DNA of 63,993 bases, counting the filler, from an uncultured bacterium (lineage in GTDB: Bacteria > Hinthialibacterota > Hinthialibacteria > Hinthialibacterales > Hinthialibacteraceae), in NCBI GenBank assembly GCA_964449065.1. It is 8 parts of 8 records of this genome, joined end to end, with 100 filler letters (N's around TTAATTAATTAA, not from the genome) between each part and the next. Parts side by side here need not be neighbours in the genome. Positions count along the whole stretch, not along the records: positions 24,557 to 32,596 come from CAYVAZ010000234.1; positions 32,697 to 40,727 come from CAYVAZ010000235.1; 6 more parts are not named here. The stretch is one strand, 5' to 3'. The notes under the pieces were generated by a model that saw only the letters and a list, made by a program, of their open reading frames with translations, was not told the origin of the DNA and made no database searches. The first letter of the stretch is position 1. The number at the start of each line of letters is the position of its first letter. Position numbers and translations under genes: made by a program. Positions 28,288 through 37,324 of this stretch are shown piece after piece.

Positions 28288-30792
28288 ATGTGGATCCTCT
28301 GTATTCTTTTTGTATTCACTACGCCGGTTCTTTTTGCAAAAGACCAACCGGACGTTACCGTTTCCACCTTATTAAAACGCGCGGTCAATGTAGAACATTT
28401 GTATCAGCCCGGTGACGGCTTTCCCCGTATATGGTCCAGCTATGACCGCACCGGCGGAGGATGGGACGATCAAGGCTATATTCGAAAAGAACAGGATCAA
28501 TACGTCATCGCGGAAATGATGGGCCCAGGAGCCATCACCCGTATTTGGGCGGCCGGCCCATCAGGCAAACTGTCGTTTTTTATTGATGGCGGCAGTAAAC
28601 CATTGTTTACAATCGCGGCCAAAGATTTGTTTACGGGAAAATTGCCGCCCTTTACAGGCAAATGGATCCACCAAAGCAAAAGCGGTGGAGGGTTTTCTTT
28701 TGTTCCGATTCCCTACGATCAATTTTGCAAAATCGTTGCCACCGATCTCTTCGCGTACGAAATCGATTACACGACCTATTCTTCCGAAACGAAGGTAGAA
28801 CCGTTTACCTTGCCGCTTGCAAGCACACACCGCACCACACAAGCCGCCATTTCGAAGACACTGAACACCTTGGGACAGCCGCCGTTTAAAATGGATCAAT
28901 CCTTTGTGGAAGATCCGTATCCGATCAATGTGCTGGCAGCCGAATCGGTCAATTTCGCCACCTTCACCGGACCGGCTGTGATTCGGGGAATCCAGATTCA
29001 ATGGGATAAGCAAGATATCAATTTCGGGCGGGATTTGGTTCTGGAAATTTATTGGGATCACCACGCCAAGCCCGCCGTTCGGGTTCCCTTGTTTGATTTT
29101 TTTGGCGGCCGCGGTAAAACCTGGCTGATTGGAACTAACGAGAACAATGAAGGCTATTGCTTTTTGCCCATGCCCTTTCACGAACAGGCACGGCTGGTTC
29201 TTCGAAATGATAACCTGGAAAAAGATATAGCCGTCCATGTTACCGTGTATTATCAAAAAGTCGCTTCTTTGCCGAAACCGCTGCCGCGCTTTCACGCGTT
29301 ATGGCATTACAACACAACGCCACAAAAAGCGACGCCGGTTCCCTTTGACATGCAGCGCATGACTCCCCTATCCAATACAGCCCAAAATGAGATTCTCTTT
29401 CAATCGTTCGCCACCGGATTTCTTGCCGGGATGACCCTATCCCAATACACTCATTCTCAAGCCGATCTTACGATAAAAACAGCGGCTGGAATGAGAACGC
29501 TGGATTTACACGGCAACAGTGTCAACTCGTTTTTAAATGCCGGCAGGGATCCAATGGAATATTCCCACCCGTTTTCCGCTTCCGCGCAACCACTGAAGGG
29601 ATATACGTCTTTTATAAGAGTCTTCTTGCCTATGCCGTTTTCGTTTGAACAATTCACCCAACTAACCAAAGAAAACGGCCATGCAAGCATGAACCCTTCC
29701 CCCTCTCCTATCGTGGTATATTGGTACCAAGAAAATCAACCCCAGTCCAATGCGGTGCTTTCACCTTATAAAGCAAGACACTTTCAACAAACACCGAACC
29801 GCAAACAGTATTACAAACTCGATTCGGACCGTCTGCTTCCGATACCGGTCATGGAAGCCGAGTCGGCGAAAATCACCGCAAACGGGGGCGCATTTGAGCC
29901 CCAGGATATGACGGCCTATGGGTTGAATTGGAGCCAAAACCAGCAATTGTGCTTCGACGCGTTTCAACAGGGTGCTGAATTGGACATTCGACTTCCGGAT
30001 ATCGAATATTCCGGATGGTACCGCCTGCATGGCGTGTTCACCCAATCACCGGATTCCGGGATTATTTCCCTTTCCCTGCTGGATAATCGCATAGAAGACC
30101 GCTTGGATTTATATGCCGATTCCATTCAAGCCCTATCTTATCAAAGCCCGTCTTCTTTCTTTTTTCACGCCGGGGAGCCGGTGATTATAACCATCCAGGT
30201 GGAAGGCCAAAATGAAAAGGCCAACGAGTTAAAGGTCGGGATTGATTATTTGGAATTGCAAGCGGTACAGACGATCCCCAACCAAATTTCACACTCCTTT
30301 CCGTTCTTTAAAGAGAAGACCGGCGCCAATACCGATCTTCAATTTCATTCCGCTGGCGGGAATACCGATACTCCTGTGGGATTTTCTTCCAAAGTAAGCC
30401 AACAAACGCTCCGTCCCAAAACCATTGGCAAGACACCCTCGTTTATTTTGCCAAAAAAGAAAACCGACGCGAACCATGCGCATACATTTATCACTTTTGA
30501 AATTCAGGCCGGTCAAGATGGCATCTATCGGATGGATTTGGTTTCCGGTAATCCCCCCCCCTTTATTTTCTCACTGCGTGATACGCGACTGCTTGCCGAA
30601 CCCGACCGCATTTGGGTAAACGGCATTCCCCTGCGAGCCAATGAAACCCGCTTTTGGGATATGGAAAGTCAATCGCTCATGCCGATGCGTTTTTCTGTCC
30701 CGCTGCAAAAAGGCACCAACCAGATCTCTTGGCTGATGAATATGGATGAAACCGTTTCATTTACGCCTATTATTTATGGGTTGACGAAATAA
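28288..30792 (+). CDS. Secreted DUF2961/GH172-like protein with extra beta-sandwich domains, catalytic motifs degenerate
   Basis: SSYDRTGG, GPGAITRIW, GPAVIRGI, IYWD..AKPAVRVPLFDFFG, MPF, RFHALW and VVYWYQ; C-terminal EAE...WSQNQQL CBM-like region. Confidence 0.8.
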   Translation: MWILCILFVFTTPVLFAKDQPDVTVSTLLKRAVNVEHLYQPGDGFPRIWSSYDRTGGGWDDQGYIRKEQDQYVIAEMMGPGAITRIWAAGPSGKLSFFIDGGSKPLFTIAAKDLFTGKLPPFTGKWIHQSKSGGGFSFVPIPYDQFCKIVATDLFAYEIDYTTYSSETKVEPFTLPLASTHRTTQAAISKTLNTLGQPPFKMDQSFVEDPYPINVLAAESVNFATFTGPAVIRGIQIQWDKQDINFGRDLVLEIYWDHHAKPAVRVPLFDFFGGRGKTWLIGTNENNEGYCFLPMPFHEQARLVLRNDNLEKDIAVHVTVYYQKVASLPKPLPRFHALWHYNTTPQKATPVPFDMQRMTPLSNTAQNEILFQSFATGFLAGMTLSQYTHSQADLTIKTAAGMRTLDLHGNSVNSFLNAGRDPMEYSHPFSASAQPLKGYTSFIRVFLPMPFSFEQFTQLTKENGHASMNPSPSPIVVYWYQENQPQSNAVLSPYKARHFQQTPNRKQYYKLDSDRLLPIPVMEAESAKITANGGAFEPQDMTAYGLNWSQNQQLCFDAFQQGAELDIRLPDIEYSGWYRLHGVFTQSPDSGIISLSLLDNRIEDRLDLYADSIQALSYQSPSSFFFHAGEPVIITIQVEGQNEKANELKVGIDYLELQAVQTIPNQISHSFPFFKEKTGANTDLQFHSAGGNTDTPVGFSSKVSQQTLRPKTIGKTPSFILPKKKTDANHAHTFITFEIQAGQDGIYRMDLVSGNPPPFIFSLRDTRLLAEPDRIWVNGIPLRANETRFWDMESQSLMPMRFSVPLQKGTNQISWLMNMDETVSFTPIIYGLTK

Positions 30793-30870
30793 CTGTTCCC
30801 ACTCATTTTCAACTTAAATCCTTTTGGGGATTGCGGTATAATTTTGTAAAATTTTTGGATACAAACCCCT

Positions 30871-31239
30871 ATGAAACTATCCATCACAATTGGTGAAATC
30901 ATTCTTTATGCGGATTTGTATGACAATCAGACGGCAAAAGCCGTTTACGATTCTCTTCCAATCCAATCCTCATTCAATACGTGGGGGGATGAAATTTACT
31001 TCTCGATTCCCACCAAAATCACCGAACCGCCGGTACGTGATGTTTTGGAGATCGGCGAACTCGCCATCTGGCCGCCCGGCAATGCATTTTGTATCTTTTA
31101 TGGAAAAACGCCTGCCTCCCAAAATAATGAACCCAGGGCAGCAGACGCCACTGTTCCGTTTGGTAAGATTAAAGGCGATGCCACTGTCTTACGGGGCATA
31201 AACGAATCACGCCTTGCAATTCAAGCGGTTCAATCATAA
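30871..31239 (+). CDS. Cyclophilin-like fold protein (DUF369/TM1367-like)
   Basis: TAKAVYDSLPI, NTWGDEIYF, GELAIWPPGNAFCIFYGKTP. Confidence 0.88.
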   Translation: MKLSITIGEIILYADLYDNQTAKAVYDSLPIQSSFNTWGDEIYFSIPTKITEPPVRDVLEIGELAIWPPGNAFCIFYGKTPASQNNEPRAADATVPFGKIKGDATVLRGINESRLAIQAVQS

Positions 31240-31295
31240 GATTTTTATATCTTATGCTCGTGATGAGCTATGAAATAATTATTTGGAGGAAAGTC

Positions 31296-32432
31296 ATGAT
31301 TCGCAAGGCAACTATTTGTGCTGCTATGTTGGCTGTGACGGCATCAACCGTTATGGCGCAAGACCGGGTGGATATCACCAGTTTCGAAGAAAGCTTTGAA
31401 TGGGCATGGACCGCCGGATCGATTCAATCGTTTGTCGAGCCGGTTCCGGAACCGTTCGATGGTGAAAACGCTCTAGTCGTGCTGTATGACAATGGTGGAA
31501 GCGAGTGGCAATTCGGTACCATGAATTTCCCCACCGGTCCTGTTGATTTGACCGGGATGCGTGAAATTCACATGTCCGTTTTCTTTGCCGAAGGTTCGAC
31601 CGGTGAACTGCGTATCCGCTTGGATTTACCCGGGGGCAACATTTTAGGTTTTGACAGCATCCCAACAGATGAAGATGGAAACCCGATTACGGGGCAATGG
31701 CATGAACTTGTGTTTTTTATTGATCGGCTGTCTTCGCAAAACACCGTATCGGCAGTGGAGTTTTTTCAAGGATTTATTGTCCCCACGCCGGGCGATGCCG
31801 TCGGTGAAGTTTGGATTGATAACATCTTTGCCGTGACACCGGATACCATCCCTCAAGTCGAGGAAATTCTGGTGTATGACTTCGAGGAGATTGATCCGGA
31901 TACGGGTTCGGTTCGTGGATGGGGTCCGCTAGATGGATTGGACGCGTTAACCGGCGAGGGCGAGGTTCCGCCTTCCGCCGGGGACAACTTCATGACGATG
32001 TTTGCGGTTGGAGGATACGCGGAATCCAATGTGGTTACGCTGAATGCCAAGCAAGATTTTGATAACTGGGAAAACGCGCGGGAGATTTTGTTTGATGTAC
32101 GGATTCCGGAAGCGGTGCCTGGGGGATGGATTCAATCCCAGTTGACGATTGTTTCCGGCCTTGAAGGAGACGAAAATACCAACGTTACGACCGTCACACG
32201 TGAAATCGGATATGCGGACGCGACCGATGATTGGAAAACCTTATTGTATGAGTTTGATATCACCCCGCATTTGCCGCATATCAATGATCCCAACGGCTTT
32301 TTCCGTGTGGGCATCTCGACCAATAACGATGCCTCGGCATTGGATTTTCCTGTTTTTGTAGATAACATGCGTGTCGCCGTACCCGTCGGCAGCACGGGCG
32401 GTTCTAATGTAACAAATTGGAATCTCCACTAA
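31296..32432 (+). CDS. Secreted acidic protein with two CBM/galactose-binding-like jelly-roll domains and a C-terminal SNVTNWNLH tail
   Basis: GGAGG RBS and signal peptide (VMA-QD). Two repeats that begin (S/D)FEE and end (VW/VF)(I/V)DN(I/M). Confidence 0.8.
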   Translation: MIRKATICAAMLAVTASTVMAQDRVDITSFEESFEWAWTAGSIQSFVEPVPEPFDGENALVVLYDNGGSEWQFGTMNFPTGPVDLTGMREIHMSVFFAEGSTGELRIRLDLPGGNILGFDSIPTDEDGNPITGQWHELVFFIDRLSSQNTVSAVEFFQGFIVPTPGDAVGEVWIDNIFAVTPDTIPQVEEILVYDFEEIDPDTGSVRGWGPLDGLDALTGEGEVPPSAGDNFMTMFAVGGYAESNVVTLNAKQDFDNWENAREILFDVRIPEAVPGGWIQSQLTIVSGLEGDENTNVTTVTREIGYADATDDWKTLLYEFDITPHLPHINDPNGFFRVGISTNNDASALDFPVFVDNMRVAVPVGSTGGSNVTNWNLH

Positions 32433-32462
32433 TCCCAAGCATTTACAACTTTTAAGACTTTG

Positions 32463-32497
32463 AAAGCGGTTTGAAATCTCAAGCCGCTTTTTCTTTC
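32463..32497 (+). terminator. Rho-independent terminator
   Basis: AAAGCGGTTTGA-AATC-TCAAGCCGCTTT followed by a T-rich tract. Confidence 0.8.
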
Positions 32498-32536
32498 ATT
32501 CTGTTCACATATTCGAGCGAATCCGGTTTGAATAGA

Positions 32537-32596
32537 TAGCGCATTTCAGAGTTGGATAGACAGAATCTGTCGTTGTTTCCCCCCTTATTAAGGGGG
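32537..32596 (+). repeat. Copy of the 2022 element, truncated at contig end
   Basis: 40 bp identical to 2022-2061, followed by the CCCCCCTTATTAAGGGGG hairpin. Confidence 0.85.
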
Positions 32597-32809
32597 NNNN
32601 NNNNNNNNNNNNNNNNNNNNNNNNNNNNNNNNNNNNNNNNTTAATTAATTAANNNNNNNNNNNNNNNNNNNNNNNNNNNNNNNNNNNNNNNNNNNNAGTG
32701 TTGAGCCCACCCTACCAATATAACGGACATTTTTTATTTCAAATGGTATAACTATTTAATCTGTAAAAATGTTGTGGGTGCCCCCCGTGGCTGCCCTAAA
32801 TAGAGACTG

Positions 32810-33754
32810 CTAGCCCTCATCATCTTGATGGGGGCTTTCCTTTGCGGATTGCCGGGACCACACCGTTGCCAATATGCTTCCCGTCACATTATGCCACAGG
32901 CTAAATAACGCACCCGGCAATGCTGCCAATGTGCCGAAACTTTCTAACGCCAACGCTGTTGCCAATCCGGAATTCTGCATTCCCACTTCAATCGCCAATG
33001 TCCGTTTTTCTGCTTCTGTACAATTCAAACAATGTGCGGCGGAATACCCCAAAAAGAGTCCCCCTGCATTATGAAGAATCACACCGGCACCAACCAATAC
33101 AGACATCTGCTGGATGTTATCCGCGTTTAAAGCGACAACACAAGCAATCACAGCCAATATAATTGCGACGGATAAGACAGGGAAATACTGCAAAACCGGC
33201 TGAATCCTCCGCTGCAGAAACCACCGCAATATCAGCCCTCCCACCAAAGGCAGCAATACGATAGAGATTGTGTTTTTCATCAGTTGCAAGACAGGAACCT
33301 CTACCTGCTGATGGGCGTAGATCCACGTTAACCACGGTGTAAACAAAGCGGCCAAGGCTGTCGAGAACAATGTGAGTGATACGGATAATCCTACATTCCC
33401 TCTCGCTAAATACGTGATTACATTCGACGCGGTCCCGCCTGGACAAGCCCCCAGCAGTACAAAGCCCGCCAGCAACGCGGACGGCATATCAAACAAGAAC
33501 GCAATCCCAAATCCGAGTAAGGGCATAATGCCGTATTGCAGCGCGACTCCAACCAACAAAAGCACTGGCCGTTGAAACACGCGTTGAAAATCAACCAATG
33601 TAAGTGTGGCACCCATACCGAACATGATGATCCCCAACAGCAGCGGAATATGTGGTTTCATCCAAACAAATCCTTCCGGCTGAAAATATGAGAAGATCGA
33701 GATCAAGATCGCAAGAGGAGCAAATAAATGTTCAACCCATGTACGTATGTTCAT
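32810..33754 (-). CDS. Bile acid:sodium symporter (BASS) family transporter, PanS-like
   Basis: LLGIIMFGMG, QYGIMPL, CPGGTASNV, IEVGMQNSGLA, FSLWHN. Confidence 0.93.
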   Translation of the reverse strand: MNIRTWVEHLFAPLAILISIFSYFQPEGFVWMKPHIPLLLGIIMFGMGATLTLVDFQRVFQRPVLLLVGVALQYGIMPLLGFGIAFLFDMPSALLAGFVLLGACPGGTASNVITYLARGNVGLSVSLTLFSTALAALFTPWLTWIYAHQQVEVPVLQLMKNTISIVLLPLVGGLILRWFLQRRIQPVLQYFPVLSVAIILAVIACVVALNADNIQQMSVLVGAGVILHNAGGLFLGYSAAHCLNCTEAEKRTLAIEVGMQNSGLATALALESFGTLAALPGALFSLWHNVTGSILATVWSRQSAKESPHQDDEG

Positions 33755-33844
33755 CACTTTTTTTCTTTCACTATTTGATGCTTTGCGGTAAAGACCTAAA
33801 ATACTAATCGATTGAGATTTTATTGATGAGGGATAAGAGTCATT

Positions 33845-34594
33845 GTGAAGAAAAATTCCAATGCGTTGGAGTTGTATGAATCCTTTTTGTGGGAACGCGC
33901 GGATGTCCTTCCCGCGGAAGAACGGCTGGCGGCTATCGCTTCGGAGGTTTGCCAACAATACACGGCCAGCAAGTATACCGTTTGCAACGCGAAATTTTAT
34001 CCCTACACCTCGTTAAAAAGCACGGCAAAGATTCAAGGCGGCATCACCCGCATTCGCATTAGCGATATTTTAGAAGACGCGCCGGATGTGGTGCTGGAAT
34101 CGTTAATTCACATTCTCTTAGCTCGGGTTAGCCGCCGTAAGCCTCCACAAGACAGGTTAAACCGTTACAGAGATTATCTGCGTACCACACGCGTGGAATC
34201 CCGCCACGCGCAAACCCGTCAGGCCAGAACCAACAAACAATTGCCCGGGCCGGTAGGGGAATATTACGATTTAACCGAATCGTTTGGGGAAATCAACGCG
34301 TTTTACTTCGACAATAAAATCCCGGAAACAAACATATCCTGGAGCCCCAAGCGAAGCCGCAGACAGCTGGGATACCACGACGAACACTTGAACTTGATTG
34401 TAATCAGCCGCTGGCTGGACCGGCGGATTGTCCCGCGTTATGTGGTGGATTTTATTATGTACCATGAGATGCTGCACATCGTGATACCAGTGGAGTACAA
34501 CAACGGCAAGCGCATTGTCCATACCAAAGAGTTCCGCCGCCGCGAAAAAGCCTTTCAATACTACCAACCCGCCAACTGCTGGCTGGGCGGGTAG
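33845..34594 (+). CDS. SprT/YgjP-like zinc metalloprotease domain protein
   Basis: FIMYHEMLH...H.KEF zincin motif. Confidence 0.8.
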   Translation: MKKNSNALELYESFLWERADVLPAEERLAAIASEVCQQYTASKYTVCNAKFYPYTSLKSTAKIQGGITRIRISDILEDAPDVVLESLIHILLARVSRRKPPQDRLNRYRDYLRTTRVESRHAQTRQARTNKQLPGPVGEYYDLTESFGEINAFYFDNKIPETNISWSPKRSRRQLGYHDEHLNLIVISRWLDRRIVPRYVVDFIMYHEMLHIVIPVEYNNGKRIVHTKEFRRREKAFQYYQPANCWLGG

Positions 34595-34694
34595 NNNNNN
34601 NNNNNNNNNNNNNNNNNNNNNNNNNNNNNNNNNNNNNNNNNNNNNNNNNNNNNNNNNNNNNNNNNNNNNNNNNNNNNNNNNNNNNNNNNNNNNN
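34595..34694. other. Intra-scaffold gap (100 N, no linker)
   Basis: Flanked by an exact 55-bp duplication, 34540-34594 and 34695-34749. Confidence 0.9.
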
Positions 34695-34786
34695 CCGCGA
34701 AAAAGCCTTTCAATACTACCAACCCGCCAACTGCTGGCTGGGCGGGTAGGGGGTGTTGAGAGTTAAGTGAATTCTGATATTCAAAG

Positions 34787-35242
34787 TTAATCAATAGATT
34801 CAAAGTTATCATTGTTTCCAATGGGAGGCGGATTTTCAATCCATGCGATTATATCTTTATACGGACTTTTAATGACTTTGTTATAAAATTTCTTATCGCC
34901 AGTTATCATGATTCCTCCTTTTGTGAGAGGAACGGCCAAATAAAAACAATCATAGGCAGAATGATTGAGTTCGTTAGCGGTTTTGAATGCTATATCTATC
35001 AGTTCATTGGAGGAAACAAAATGGATGGGCGTTGATTTAAATAGATCAATAAGTTCCATACCTTTCGAGATGGAAATCATATCATTCCATACATATTTGC
35101 GAATGATGTTTGTGTACTCTGAAACAAGAAGATCAGGAGCATAATATTGATATGGATATTTGGTTAATTCATCGGAAGCATTTTGCAATGGGGTCTTAAA
35201 AAACCAATTGATTATAACATTTGCATCCAAAGTCAGTTTCAC
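34787..35242 (-). CDS. vapC: VapC/FitB PIN-domain toxin
   Basis: LTLDANVIINW, APDLLVSEY.N, HSAYDCFYL, ITGD. Confidence 0.9.
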   Translation of the reverse strand: MKLTLDANVIINWFFKTPLQNASDELTKYPYQYYAPDLLVSEYTNIIRKYVWNDMISISKGMELIDLFKSTPIHFVSSNELIDIAFKTANELNHSAYDCFYLAVPLTKGGIMITGDKKFYNKVIKSPYKDIIAWIENPPPIGNNDNFESID

Positions 35243-35499
35243 TTTTTTTCCCGCAATCTTTCAAGATGTGAATAGTCGTCTCTTAATCCTGTACTTTCTT
35301 TCATCCAATCCTCAATTTGGCGGTCGCGTTCCGCACGGACTTCATGCAGCATATGAACGCTATTTACCTTACTATTCGGCTTGCATTCTTCCAACATCTG
35401 TTTTGCCACCTCTTGCGCGGTGGTGCCCCGTGTTTCGGCAACTTCATTCAAATGGTCTAACAACTCTTCATCAATGTTGTGTAACACCAAATCCGCCAT
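35239..35499 (-). CDS. FitA-like RHH antitoxin
   Basis: MADLVLHNIDEELL..L...A..RG.T..E; overlaps the PIN toxin start. Confidence 0.8.
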   Translation of the reverse strand: MADLVLHNIDEELLDHLNEVAETRGTTAQEVAKQMLEECKPNSKVNSVHMLHEVRAERDRQIEDWMKESTGLRDDYSHLERLREKK

Positions 35500-35532
35500 G
35501 ATCGTATCTCCACGTTAGGTTTACAACCAATA

Positions 35533-35643
35533 CTAGTATTTTGCCAATCAAAAAATAACGGCTGGCTATCCGTTGTCCCCCCCCTTGTTAAGGGGGGCTA
35601 GGGAGGATCGATCCCCATCATTTAATCGTTGACACAACACTAG
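35533..35643 (+). mobile_element. CTAG-ended MITE with 15-bp imperfect terminal inverted repeats
   Basis: Left CTAGTATTTTGCCAA matches the right-end reverse complement CTAGTGTTGTGTCAA at 12/15. Internal CCCCCCTTGTTAAGGGGGG hairpin. Second copy at 18912-19006. Confidence 0.7.
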
Positions 35644-35756
35644 CAAATTGGTTAGAAAAACGCGTCTATTTATTATGGATGTTATGTGGCGATTTGCCAA
35701 GTTGTCAAAAATAACAGTTGTCAAAAATAACGCAGCGAATAGGCCGTTACATTCGA

Positions 35757-36104
35757 TTACTCTTTAAACGCCTTCAATGCCTTATCTTCCGAATCAAACG
35801 TATCCAAAATCTTGTTGATCCGGGTTGCGTCAAATGTCATCTGAACACGCTTTTGCAGGTTGATAAACTTAATGTCGCCGTTTCGGTCGCGCAAATCGCG
35901 TGAAAAGGCCACAAAAACACCGACAGTGTATGAAGAAATAAAATCGACACCCGCTAAATCCAACAACAGTTTGTTGCGGTTTTCTTTCAAAAGGTCGTGC
36001 AGTTCGCCCCGCAGCCACACGGTGTTTTCAAAATTCAGTTCGCCCTGCATCCGTAAAATCGTTACATCACCTTTATCTTCACGCTGCACTGGAATCATGT
36101 TCAA
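35757..36104 (-). CDS. STAS domain anti-sigma factor antagonist
   Basis: ILRMQGEL, LLLDLAGVDFISS, GDIKFINL..RV. Confidence 0.9.
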   Translation of the reverse strand: MNMIPVQREDKGDVTILRMQGELNFENTVWLRGELHDLLKENRNKLLLDLAGVDFISSYTVGVFVAFSRDLRDRNGDIKFINLQKRVQMTFDATRINKILDTFDSEDKALKAFKE

Positions 36105-36113
36105 ATCCCTTCC

Positions 36114-36758
36114 TTATTCGGTTTCATAACTCAAAAGATCGGCCGCCTCTTTCGAGGATAATATACCCTTTTTTTCCAAAGACTTGACCAGCGAAGCCAA
36201 AATACAACTGTTCGCATACAAGATTTCGCCGGCTTGTAAGTTTTCACTCAGTTGTAAGGTAGGAGAAATGCCGGATTTCCCTTCTTTCGGTGGAGGAGGG
36301 GGAGCCGGTTTTGGTTCCGGCCGTGGTGCAGGATTTGTCTTTGCGGGAGAAGCGGTCGAATGACGTTGCGCCGGTTTGGCGGAAGAAGCCGGCCCGGGCT
36401 GGACGCTTTGCTTCCCGCCTGATGATTCATACGAAAGCACGGCATCATTTTTTGTAGAGTAACATTGAAACAACTCGATGATCCGGTTGCTTTTTAAATA
36501 CTGCATGACCGCGCGCTGGGGGTTAAGAAATTTAATATTCCCTCCTCCAGCGCGAATCTCTTTCAGATTGGAAACAAGAAGTGATACGGTCTGGCTGCCA
36601 ACAAAACGTATGGAAGATAAATCAATAATAACTTTGTAGTGACCGGCGGCAGCTAAATCCTTCAATGTTTTATCCAGCATTTGGTTGCCGCGGGAATCCA
36701 GTTCCCCGTTGATATTGATGATGGCAACATCATGAATATATTCCGTGCTTATCTTCAT
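36114..36758 (-). CDS. STAS domain protein with Pro-rich linker and C-terminal helix
   Basis: ININGELD, VIIDLSSIRFVGS, GGNIKFLNP; PAPRPEPKPAPPPPP linker. Confidence 0.85.
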   Translation of the reverse strand: MKISTEYIHDVAIININGELDSRGNQMLDKTLKDLAAAGHYKVIIDLSSIRFVGSQTVSLLVSNLKEIRAGGGNIKFLNPQRAVMQYLKSNRIIELFQCYSTKNDAVLSYESSGGKQSVQPGPASSAKPAQRHSTASPAKTNPAPRPEPKPAPPPPPKEGKSGISPTLQLSENLQAGEILYANSCILASLVKSLEKKGILSSKEAADLLSYETE

Positions 36759-36821
36759 ACTGGATTATTATACGGCTCAACACCTCCGGCAACCTGTTAT
36801 TTCAATCAAAGAACAACCGGT

Positions 36822-37064
36822 TTAAGGATTGGTTTGGGTGGTTTCGGATTTTTTATTTTCATCGATTTTTTCTTCGGGTTTGGTTTCTTCTTCATCCGGT
36901 GCGGTTAAAGAAGTTTTAAATTCTTTAATGCCGGACCCGAGCGACCGGGCGATTTCCGGTATGCGCTTGGCGCCAAAGAACATGATGATAATCCCAAAAA
37001 TCAAAAGCATTTCGGGAATGCCGAGGTTCCAGAATGTAGCTGTGAGTCCTAATGCGTTCAACAT
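36822..37064 (-). CDS. tatA: Twin-arginine translocase TatA/TatE
   Basis: LGIPEMLLIFGIIIMFFGAKRIPEIARSLGSGIKEFK; AAGGAG RBS. Confidence 0.95.
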   Translation of the reverse strand: MLNALGLTATFWNLGIPEMLLIFGIIIMFFGAKRIPEIARSLGSGIKEFKTSLTAPDEEETKPEEKIDENKKSETTQTNP

Positions 37065-37324
37065 GGTATGTCTCCTTTTGACTCGTAACCATTATGTCCA
37101 TGTATTGGTGCCTTCCAACAGGAGTCCCATACAAGTTAGACCAATGTTCACGATGACGGGCATTGCGCCCCTCTTCTACGTTTCCGTGCTCATTCATCAT
37201 ACTCATAAGGTATATGAAGTCAAGATAATAACACATGCTTTCACCATCCCTAACCCGCTTGAATCCCTCGTGTATACTTTTTAAACTCTGCGGGTATGGA
37301 ATCTTGTTTAGGATTGAATATTGA

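Noticed and set aside
34540..34749. Exact 55-bp direct repeat flanking an N gap (possible att site or target duplication)
   Set aside because: The length equals a common assembler k-mer and the copies abut the scaffold gap, so it is most likely an unresolved overlap.
35700..35731. Tandem 16-bp duplication AGTTGTCAAAAATAAC
   Set aside because: Local duplication beside a MITE with only two copies and no further support.
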